Of a stretch of 64,000 bases of DNA, positions 1 to 9,130 are shown in pieces (the first letter of the stretch is position 1; every line of letters begins with the position of its first letter). Below the pieces are notes generated by a model. It was given only the letters and a program-made list of their open reading frames with translations, was not told the origin of the DNA and did no database searches. Location: contig CATNEN010000038.1 of assembly GCA_950097015.1 (NCBI GenBank), positions 248,001 through 312,000 on the forward strand, read 5' to 3'. The position numbers were made by a program, and so were the translations under genes. This stretch comes from Macrostomum hystrix. Its lineage: Eukaryota > Animalia > Platyhelminthes.

Positions 1-1
1 C

Positions 2-943
2 ACCGGACCGGTGCAAAACCGGCACCTGCTGGTCATTGTGGACCACTTCTCCCGGTATCCAATCGTCATCAGCATGTCGTCCATGACTGCTGAGGCCGTC
101 ACCAAGCAGCTGCGAAAACTTTTCGCCACGTTCGGCAGGCCGACCCAGCTCGTGTCCGACAACGGGCCGCCGTTCAGTTCGCAAGCGTTCCGCGACTACC
201 TCGGCAGCAACGGCATCCAGCAGCGTCTCGTCACACCGTACCACCCGGCGGCGAACGGCGTCACGGAACGCGTCAACCGATCAATCAACAAGACCGTCAG
301 GATCGCCAACATCGAGTCAACAGACTGGCGGGAGGCTCTGGAGGACTGGCTAGAAGCCTACCGCAACACCCCGCATTCGAGCACGGGGTCGACGCCAGCC
401 GAGCTCATGTTCCAGCGGCAGGTCCAGGACGTCATCCCCAGCGTGCAACAGCGACGCCAGCAGCCGCGCAACCTGGCGTCCATCAGGGCCCGCGACAACG
501 AGGCCAAGCAGCGGATGGCCCGGTACGCCGACGACCGCCGAAGGGCCGCAAGCCACGACATTAGATCTGGTGACTCGGTGCTACGCAGGCGGAGACCAGC
601 GGCCAAGACAAAGACACCGTTCGAGCCGGAGCCCTGGACCATCGACGAGGTAAAGGGCAACTCCCTGGTGCTGAGCAGAGGGCGCCAGACCTGCATGCGT
701 CACATCACGGACCTCAAGCACCTGCCCACAATCGACCAGCCACCGACGCCACCGCCACCAGGCGGGTCAGCGCCACCAATGGAGCCACCAGCGGCAGCGG
801 CGCCAGCAGCGCCACCAGAGGCGCCTACAGCGCTGCTACCGGCGCCACCCCTGGCGCAGCCACGGACGGCGGGAGGCCGTGCATCGCCGCCGAACGTCTC
901 GAGGTGCCCACTGCCGCGCGCGTGTAAAATCAGTCGACTGTGA
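2..943 (+). CDS. Ty3/Gypsy retrotransposon pol C-terminus (integrase), 5'-truncated by the window edge
   Basis: Motifs LLVIVDHFSRYP, LVSDNGPPF and YHPAANGVTERVNR form a DDE triad with exactly 35 residues between the second D and E. They are followed by YRNTPHSSTGSTPAELMF, a GDSVL..PFEP region and a Pro-rich tail. The frame is open from base 2. Confidence 0.95.
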   Translation, partial: TGPVQNRHLLVIVDHFSRYPIVISMSSMTAEAVTKQLRKLFATFGRPTQLVSDNGPPFSSQAFRDYLGSNGIQQRLVTPYHPAANGVTERVNRSINKTVRIANIESTDWREALEDWLEAYRNTPHSSTGSTPAELMFQRQVQDVIPSVQQRRQQPRNLASIRARDNEAKQRMARYADDRRRAASHDIRSGDSVLRRRRPAAKTKTPFEPEPWTIDEVKGNSLVLSRGRQTCMRHITDLKHLPTIDQPPTPPPPGGSAPPMEPPAAAAPAAPPEAPTALLPAPPLAQPRTAGGRASPPNVSRCPLPRACKISRL

Positions 944-1167
944 CTCTTTTGCGGTACTCAAAAGAACGGTACTCAATATGCCGTTCTAATCACTACTTTC
1001 GCATCATCGTGAACAATACTTGTCATTCATTTGCCATGCCAACAATTTAATACTCACTTTTATTCCTTGTTGGGGGGTGGGAGCGCCTGTTTTACCTTAT
1101 TCAAGTTTCGTCTTTGTGGCCACCCTGCTCGTGTTAATCTCCTATTTTAATTTCATTTTGGGAAGGA

Positions 1168-1376
1168 TGTAAGACTTGCGTACTTGCACTTCGCCCCGCA
1201 TTGCGTCAGCTTGCTCCAGCCAATCAATACCTCTTACGTCTTGTGCGCGCACTCAGCACTTTCAACTCTCACCTGTCGTACCCCCACCCCAATTATCGAT
1301 CCATTAAATATATATTGTCGCCCGCGGGGCAGCGCTCAGTTGAGCATATTTTCGACCACAAATCAAAGACTCTACA
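1168..1376 (+). repeat. putative 3' LTR (~209 bp)
   Basis: Starts TGTA right after the PPT and ends TACA (inverted termini). Internal ATTAAA at 1303-1308. Sequence changes abruptly to a minisatellite at 1377. The 5' LTR is outside the window, so the boundary is not confirmed by a second copy. Confidence 0.75.
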
Positions 1377-1500
1377 GGTTGGTTGTTGGATTTCAGGTGG
1401 GTTGGTTGTTGGGTTTCAGGTGGGTTGGTTGTTGGATTTCAGGTGGGTTGGTTGTTGGGTTTCTGGTGGGTTAGTTGTTGGGTTTCAGGTGATTTCATGT
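1377..1500 (+). repeat. 23-bp minisatellite (GGTTGGTTGTTGGRTTTCAGGTG), ~5 copies
   Basis: Direct reading of tandem units. Confidence 0.9.
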
Positions 1501-1645
1501 AGTTAGATTTTATGCTTTAGGTTTTCAGGTAGCTATCGGTTTAAAATTGCTTGTAGGTTTCCGCGAATGCTGTTAGGTGTCTACTTGCAGTAGCATAGCA
1601 CAGATGCTGTGTTGAAATCTACACATAAATCTATATCTTCATTAG

Positions 1646-2209
1646 CCGCATCGAAGCCGAGCTGTCTAGCGGCAGCTGTCCTACGGCATCCAATCAGAAG
1701 CAAGCGGAGGCTATTGTTCAAAACAGAAGAGCCGCCTTCGGCCTGCAGACCCTGCGCCTCCTGGCCTCTGGCAGCCGGGCCCTGCTTGCCGACCGACCGA
1801 AATCCTGCGCCAGAATGCTGCTGTGCCTGGCCGACCTGTTCCTTCCCGGACAGCCGGTTGCTGGGGACGCTTCGGCTACGGACGCCCGGTCGGCTTTCTG
1901 CCGCGCCCTGGACTCGGTCTCGGCCGCGGCCCTGTCTGGCGGCTCCGCCTATCGACGCGGCTATCGTCGCTGCCTGCGCCAGCTGGGCTCCGGCTTGATC
2001 GACAGGTTGAAGCCGGCTTTGTCCAAGAAATCTGCCGTGTTGAAATCGCTAACTATGGGCCTAGAATTGTTGAGCTCCAATTCGGACCCAGCCGATCAGT
2101 TGAGCGACGGCGTTTGCGGCGGCATCGACTGGTGCTTCGCTCTGGCCTTTCTGCACCTGGGATTTCACCTGCTGCCGGGGGCCAGCGACTCTAACGCAGG
2201 CTCTAAAGG
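1646..2209 (+). CDS. MYBBP1A: MYBBP1A/Pol5-like protein, first visible internal exon
   Basis: Acceptor cttcattag at 1645, donor gtaaga at 2210. Open frame RIEAELSS...FALAFLHLGFHLL...GSK ends in phase 2 and joins the next exon in frame. Confidence 0.65.
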
Positions 2210-2423
2210 GTAAGATTAAACGGTCTACTATGATTGGTTCGTTTAGATCCATTCGGTAGTCTGTGATTGGTTGGCCGATTTAAATTAGCTTTTCTGTGAT
2301 TGGTTGGCCGAGTTGGATTGAATATTCTGTGATTGGTTGGCCGAGTTCCATTTAATATGGATTCATAACGGTGTTTAAGTTGGTAATCAAACTGACTGAA
2401 TCTTGTCTTCTCTCTGACTACAG

Positions 2424-2865
2424 CAATGCCGACTCGGTCACCGGCGGCGGTATAGACGAGGCCTCGGTTGACGAAGCCTCAGCTCTGGCTCTCATCGCCG
2501 ATTTGACCGAATGTCATCGACGAAGTGGCTTTGGCAGCGACGAAGCGCGTCAGCAGGTGGCGTCAGCGGGCGAGCAGCAGCCGAAATGGCCGGACGTTCT
2601 CCTAGACAGTTTCGTCGGCCTCTTAGGCGCTTCTCGCAGTCGGTTGCTTCGTTCGGTTGCTAGTTTGGTTGCTAGGCAGGTGGCGCCCTTAGTTACGCCA
2701 GAGGGTGTCGGCGCCCTAACCCAGCAGCTTCTTGAGGGAGACGTTGAAGAAGAAAACGAAGAAATTGACGAGGAGGGAGACTCTGAGAGCGGCGAAGATG
2801 AGGCTATGGACACGGCTGAGGATGAAAAGGAGGACAATGAGGAGTCTGAGATCTCGTTAAGCGAG
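2424..2865 (+). CDS. MYBBP1A: MYBBP1A/Pol5-like protein, exon
   Basis: Acceptor ctgactacag, donor gtttgt. WPDVLLDSFVGLLGASRSRLLRSV...VTPEGVGALTQQLL followed by an acidic D/E tract matches my recollection of the central Pol5/MYBBP1A region. Confidence 0.75.
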
Positions 2866-3039
2866 GTTTGTGTTTTTTTTCTTTGAATGAACCACTGGGA
2901 TGTTATTCTTAAATCCTACAGCAGTTATCCCCGCCCCAAATCCCTATCCCTAGGCTTTTATCCTGGTCTTATAATTCATGTCTAAGAATTATACTCCGAC
3001 CCAAATACTTCGTCACTGTTACCACACGGAAATCTTTCG

Positions 3040-3640
3040 ACGGCTGTTATCCCCATCCCCAAAACCCCCGGCTGTTCCCCCATCCCTACATCCCTCTTCT
3101 GTTATCCTATCGATTCCTAAATCCCTAGGCTGTTATCCCATCGACCGCTAAATCCCTAGGCTGTTATCCCATCGATCCCTAAATCCCTAGGCTGTTATCC
3201 CATCGATTCCTAAATCCCTAGGCTGTTATCCCATCGACCGCTAAATCCCGCGGCTGTTATCCCATCGATCCCTAAATCCCGCGGCTGTTATCCCATCGAT
3301 CCCTAAATCCTGCGGCTGTTATCCCATCGATCCCTAAATCCCGCGGCTGTTATCCCCACCCCTTAATCCCCCGGCTGTTATTCCATCGATCCCTTAAAAC
3401 CCCAGCTGTTATCCCCATCCCTAAACCCCTCTTCTGTTATCCCCATCGATCCATAAATCCCTCGGCTGTGTTCCCCATCCCTAAATCTATTGGCTGTTAT
3501 CCCCATCCCTCCTCAGCTGTTATCTCCATCCCCGATGACACCAAACCTCTCGGCTGTTATTCCCATTCATTAATCCCTAGTCTGTTACCCCCATCTCTAA
3601 ACCCCTCGGCTGTTATCCCTATCTCTATAACCCTCAGCTA
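3040..3640 (+). repeat. ~31-bp minisatellite (ATCCCTAAATCCCTAGGCTGTTATCCCATCG), degenerate at the edges
   Basis: Tandem units read directly. Intronic. Confidence 0.9.
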
Positions 3641-3669
3641 CTTTCCGATTCTCATTTTCTCGGTTTCAG

Positions 3670-3825
3670 CCTTCAGAATCCGAGGATGAAACTGGCAATG
3701 GGGTCGATCCGGAGTTCCGTAGGACCTGCAAATCGGCGCTTGGCGAAGCCGCTTGTCCTTCAGACGCTGAGGCAGACATTGACCTGTCGGACTTGTCGGA
3801 TTCTGCTATGGAGAAAGTGGACGAG
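3670..3825 (+). CDS. MYBBP1A: MYBBP1A/Pol5-like protein, 156-bp exon (not in the ORF track)
   Basis: Acceptor tttcag, donor gtgaga, phase 0-0. PSESEDETGNGVDPEFRRTCKSALG...DLSDSAMEKVDE resembles the conserved VD..FR..L and D..M..D..L motifs. Confidence 0.75.
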
Positions 3826-3904
3826 GTGAGACTTAGTCACTAATTAATCTCTCAGAGTCTCATGTTTAGCCCAGCCTCTAATTTCTTAAATTCTCAGGAT
3901 TAGC

Positions 3905-6400
3905 CGATAATCTCTCAGATTCTCAGGTCAATCAGCTAATCTCTCAGATTCTCAGGTCAATCAGCTAATCTCTCAGATTCTCAGATTCTCAGGCCAATTA
4001 GCTAATCTCTCAGATTCTCAGGCCAATTAGCTAATCTCTCAGATTCTCAGATTCTCAGGTCAAGCAGCTAATCTCTCAGATTCTCAGGCCAATCAGCTAA
4101 TCTCTCAGATTCTCAGATTCTCAGACCAATCAGCTAATCTCTCAGATTCTCAGGTCAATCAGCTAATCTCTCAGATTCTCAGCCAATCAGCTAATCTCTC
4201 AGATTCTCAGGCCAATCAGCTAATCTCTCAGATTCTCAGGCCAATTAGCTAATCTCTCAGATTCTCAGGTCAATCAGCTAATCTCTCAGATTCTCAGGTC
4301 AATCAGCTAATCTCTCAGATTCTCAGGTCAATCAGCTAATCTCTCAGATTCTCAGGTCAATCAGCTAATCTCTCAGATTCTCAGGCCAATCAGCTAATCT
4401 CTCAGATTCTCAGGTCAATCAGCTAATCTCTCAGATTCTCAGGTCAATCAGCTACTCTTTCAGATTCTCAGGTCAATCAGCTAATCTCTCAGATTCTCAG
4501 GCCAATTAGCTAATCTCTCAGATTCTCAGATTCTCAGGCCAATCAGCTAATCTCTCAGATTCTCAGATTCTCAGGCCAATCAGCTAATCTCTCAGATTCT
4601 CAGGTCAATCAGCTAATCTCTCAGATTCTCAGGCCAATTAGCTAATCTCTCAGATTCTCAGATTCTCAGGCCAATCAGCTAATCTCTCAGATTCTCAGGT
4701 CAATCAGCTAATCTCTCAGATTCTCAGATTCTCAGGCCAATCAGCTAATCTCTCAGATTCTCAGATTCTCAGGCCAATCAGCTAATCTCTCAGATTCTCA
4801 GATTCTCAGGCCAATCAGCTAATCTCTCAGATTCTCAGATTCTCAGGCCAATCAGCTAATCTCTCAGATTCTCAGATTCTCAGGCCAATCAGCTAATCTC
4901 TCAGATTCTCAGGTCAATCAGCTAATCTCTCAGATTCTCAGGTCAAGCAGCTAATCTCTCAGATTCTCAGGTCAAGCAGCTAATCTCTCAGATTCTCAGC
5001 CAATCAGCTAATCTCTCAGATTCTCAGATTCTCAGGCCAATTAGCTAATCTCTCAGATTCTCAGGCCAATTAGCTAATCTCTCAGATTCTCAGATTCTCA
5101 GGTCAAGCAGCTAATCTCTCAGATTCTCAGGCCAATCAGCTAATCTCTCAGATTCTCAGATTCTCAGACCAATCAGCTAATCTCTCAGATTCTCAGGTCA
5201 ATCAGCTAATCTCTCAGATTCTCAGCCAATCAGCTAATCTCTCAGATTCTCAGGCCAATCAGCTAATCTCTCAGATTCTCAGGTCAAGCAGCTAATCTCT
5301 CAGATTCTCAGGTCAAGCCGCTAATCTCTCAGATTCTCAGGTCAATCAGCTAATCTCTCAGATTCTCAGGTCAAGCAGCTAATCTCTCAGATTCTCAGAT
5401 TCTCAGGCCAATCAGCTAATCTCTCAGATTCTCAGGTCAAGCAGCTAATCTCTCAGATTCTCAGGTCAATCAGCTAATCTCTCAGATTCTCAGGCCAATT
5501 AGCTAATCTCTCAGATTCTCAGGTCAATCAGCTAATCTCTCAGATTCTCAGGTCAATCAGCTAATCTCTCAGATTCTCAGGTCAATCAGCTAATCTCTCA
5601 GATTCTCAGGTCAAGCAGCTAATCTCTCAGATTCTCAGGCCAAGCTGCTAATCTCTCAGATTCTCAGATTCTCAGATTCTCAGATTCTCAGGCCAATCAG
5701 CTAATCTCTCAGATTCTCAGGTCAAGCCGCTAATCTCTCAGATTCTCAGGTCAATCAGCTAATCTCTCAGATTCTCAGGTCAAGCAGCTAATCTCTCAGA
5801 TTCTCAGATTCTCAGGCCAATCAGCTAATCTCTCAGATTCTCAGGTCAAGCAGCTAATCTCTCAGATTCTCAGGTCAATCAGCTAATCTCTCAGATTCTC
5901 AGGCCAATTAGCTAATCTCTCAGATTCTCAGGTCAATCAGCTAATCTCTCAGATTCTCAGGTCAATCAGCTAATCTCTCAGATTCTCAGGTCAATCAGCT
6001 AATCTCTCAGATTCTCAGGTCAAGCAGCTAATCTCTCAGATTCTCAGGTCAATCAGCTAATCTCTCAGATTCTCAGGTCAAGCAGCTAATCTCTCAGATT
6101 CTCAGGTCAAGCAGCTAATCTCTCAGATTCTCAGGTCAATCAGCTAATCTCTCAGATTCTCAGGTCAAGCAGCTAATCTCTCAGATTCTCAGATTCTCAG
6201 GTCAATCAGCTAATCTCTCAGATTCTCAGATTCTCAGGTCAAGCTGCTTATCTCTCAGATTCTCAGATTCTCAGGTCAAGCTGCTAATCTCTCAGATTCT
6301 CAGGCCAAGCTGCTAATCTCTCAGATTCTCAGGTCAAGCAGCTAATCTCTCAGATTCTCAGGTCAAGCTGCTAATCTCTCAGATTCTCAGATTCTTAGAT
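3905..6400 (+). repeat. 29-bp minisatellite (CAATCAGCTAATCTCTCAGATTCTCAGGT) with an optional extra ATTCTCAG 8-mer, ~80 copies
   Basis: Fills almost the whole intron 3826-6460. Confidence 0.97.
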
Positions 6401-6460
6401 TCCCATTTTAACATCCTCCCTTCACGTTAAAAGCAATCCCAATCTTTTCAAAATCCCCAG

Positions 6461-6883
6461 GCGCTGTCGCTGGCATTCCGTAGTCAGCTCGGCCCCGCCG
6501 CCAATCGTCGAGGCCAACGCGCCGTCAATCTGGAGCGTCGTCGGCGTCGCCTGCAGGCGAAGCTTCGCTTATTGGACGTAGCCGAGCCGCTGCTGCTGAC
6601 TGGCAGCTCGAGCTGCCGCGGCTCCGTGGCTGCCTGTCTAGCTCGGCTGGCGCTTCTGGCGGTCGGCGGCGGCGGCAGTTTCTGGTCGGCCTCACCAGCT
6701 GGCGAACGCGACCAGCTCCGAGCTCGCTGCCTGACCCTGCTCAAACGCGGAGGTGCCGCCGCGGCTGGCGCTGTTGTCAAAGACGCTGCGGCAGATAAAG
6801 CTGCCGACGATGAAATTGCAAAGGCTGTGGAAGCTGCGCTGGCTGCCAATTTGCGAAGTCCGCTGCCTGCTAGAATGGCTGAC
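6461..6883 (+). CDS. MYBBP1A: MYBBP1A/Pol5-like protein, exon
   Basis: Acceptor atccccag, donor gtaagc, phase 0-0. ALSLAFRSQ...QAKLRLLDVAE continues the conserved L..F and K.R.LD motifs. Confidence 0.75.
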
Positions 6884-7119
6884 GTAAGCGAGCTTTGGTT
6901 TTGTGTGATTTTAGTTACAGTTAAACTTGAGTTGAACTTGAGTTCCGATTCGTTGACTACGGCTGGGGATTGGCTTGTTGAGTCGACTCCAAAAATGCTG
7001 AGGCTTTAAATATGGGATTTAAAGGCTGAAATAGGGGATCAAAAATTAAAAGCTAACATTTTTTGTAATATAAGCGTTGGTATTTTCTTTTATTTGGTTA
7101 AAACTATCAATTCGAAATT

Positions 7120-7430
7120 TGATGGCTGATACTGTACATGCGAGATTCGAAGGCTGATACTGTACAGGTGAGATTCGAAGGCTGATATTGTACAGGTGAG
7201 ATTCGAAGGCTGATACTGTACAGGTGAGATTCGAAGGCTGATACTGTACAGGTGAGATTCGAAGGCTGATACTGTACATGCGAGATTCGAAGGCTGATAC
7301 TGTACAGGTGAGATTCGAAGGCTGATACTGTACAGGTGAGATTCGAAGGCTGATACTGTACAGGTGAGATTCGAAGGCTGATACTGTACAGGTGAGATTC
7401 GAAGGCTGATACTGTACAGGTGAGATTCGA
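7120..7430 (+). repeat. 28-bp minisatellite (GGCTGATACTGTACAGGTGAGATTCGAA), ~11 copies
   Basis: Tandem units read directly. Intronic. Confidence 0.97.
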
Positions 7431-7532
7431 GTCAAGTTTGGAAAGTCTTGTTTGCAAGACTAAGGCTGAAAATTCTAGCATTGATCATTGTCACAAAAAT
7501 CACAAATCACAAAATCTTATCCCTAATCCCAG

Positions 7533-8387
7533 ACCGCGGCGGACATCTTGTCCGCACTGCTCCGCATCCGTCCCGGCCCGGCTGAGTCTTTCCTCGCCCG
7601 TGCTCTAGCTCATCAACTCTCGCCCTCTCCCGCTGTGGCTGCAGCTCGCCGATTTCGCCTCGGCGGCCTCGCCCTCTGGCAGCGAGTTTGCTCTGAGCGG
7701 CCGGGCCTTCTGGCTGGACTACGTCAGCGACTGCTCGACCTGCTTATGACGAACGGCGAGGCCTCTACTCCGGTTAACGGCGAGGGCGACAGCGGCGATG
7801 TCGGATTGAAATCGCACGATCGGGCCGCCATAGTCAGCTTAGCCACCTGTGTGGTGAAGGGCGACATTAGCAATAAGGAGGCCGACAATGGCGAGGAAAG
7901 TTTTGTTCGCCGTCTCGCCGAATGGACATTCGACCGGCTGGAGGCCGAGACCGGCCCTGCTGGCGTGACGTCGGCTCACCTGTTGGCCGCTCTACTGCAG
8001 CTGGCAGCCGCGCTGCTTAGGCAACTCCGCAGCCGCATCGCGCATTGTCGGAAGGCCGGCCAGGTTCCGGCCCCTGCTTCGCTGCCGTCGCTCTCGCCCG
8101 AGCTGCTGGCTGACCGGCTGCGAGCGATGCGATCCGGCAGTCGGAGTCGCGACCTGCGACGCGGCCTGCAGGCCTGCCTGGCCGAGCTCGCCGGCTTCAG
8201 CAAGCTGTGCAGCATCGGCGCACCGGCACTGAAGAAACAAAAGCAGACTGACAAGAAGATTTCCCAGAAAGCTAAGAGACCGGTAGAGGCTGATGTCGAA
8301 GAGCCGACAGAACCAGTCAGGTCGAAAAAGCGACGCCTGGTTGTGTCACACGAACGGGATGAGCAGGCGGAGACGGACGACCGATGA
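7533..8387 (+). CDS. MYBBP1A: MYBBP1A/Pol5-like protein, last coding exon
   Basis: Acceptor ctaatcccag. Helical Leu/Ala-rich frame with a basic NLS-like tail (KKQKQTDKK...RSKKRRL) ending in TGA. ATTAAA at ~8547. Confidence 0.72.
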   Translation, partial: TAADILSALLRIRPGPAESFLARALAHQLSPSPAVAAARRFRLGGLALWQRVCSERPGLLAGLRQRLLDLLMTNGEASTPVNGEGDSGDVGLKSHDRAAIVSLATCVVKGDISNKEADNGEESFVRRLAEWTFDRLEAETGPAGVTSAHLLAALLQLAAALLRQLRSRIAHCRKAGQVPAPASLPSLSPELLADRLRAMRSGSRSRDLRRGLQACLAELAGFSKLCSIGAPALKKQKQTDKKISQKAKRPVEADVEEPTEPVRSKKRRLVVSHERDEQAETDDR

Positions 8388-9130
8388 GTCACCTGAATCG
8401 CTGACTTCTCCGTTTTATTGAGTAGGCTTTTGAGTCATTTGAGCACGGGCTAACATGTGAAGGTCACTGAGGTCAAAAGAATATTTGAAGGTCATATTGA
8501 GGTCTTAGTTAATTCAATTCAACATTTCATTATGAAATCGCTTATAATTAAAAGATTATAGGTTGAGGTCCATATGGAAGTCAAATTTATAACCTTGAAT
8601 TTACTCTGAAGTTCAAGTAAAAATTGTGAGTAATTTTCAGCTAATTGACTTGAGCATCAATATGCTTTGATTATCGCGAATGCTGTGAGGTCTTGCGCAA
8701 ATGCACTTAATTATCGAGGCTTAAAAAGTGTCTTACTGTAATAGTAACTGCAGCTTTGCATTGATTATAATTCACTGCCGAACCTACATCTTCGATGTTG
8801 TTGAGTTTAATGGGTTTGATGTTTTATCGCCTGCATTTTTTTCTCTTTCAACTAGCTCGCGCTGTATCATGTTTGAAGCTCGGCTGAAGCTGTCAATCAT
8901 CCATTTACAGGTATTTTATTGTCAGGTGTGCTGCTAGCTAAAGCTGAGCAATGCTAATTAGTCGAAATTCCCTGGTGACCAAGTTGAGAATAAAAGCTTG
9001 AGTTCTCCCATGCTAGTTGCACTCTTGCGACATGTTTTCGACTGCGTTTTGACAAAGAAAATCTCGGTTTTTGCTGGTGCTTTTTGTTTTTGCCATTTTT
9101 TGTAATTAGCTTTAGGCTAGCTACACCGAT

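Larger units (their letters stand above)
1..1376 (+). mobile_element. 3' end of a Gypsy-type LTR retrotransposon (integrase, 3' UTR, PPT, 3' LTR)
   Basis: Integrase ORF, then purine tract GGGAAGGA (1160-1167) directly followed by TGTAAG, ending ...CTACA at 1376. Confidence 0.88.

Noticed and set aside
8461-8505. AGGTCA direct repeats (DR3/DR5-like nuclear receptor sites) in the MYBBP1A-like 3' UTR
   Set aside because: Short motif within a degenerate local AGGTCA-rich repeat, with no independent support.
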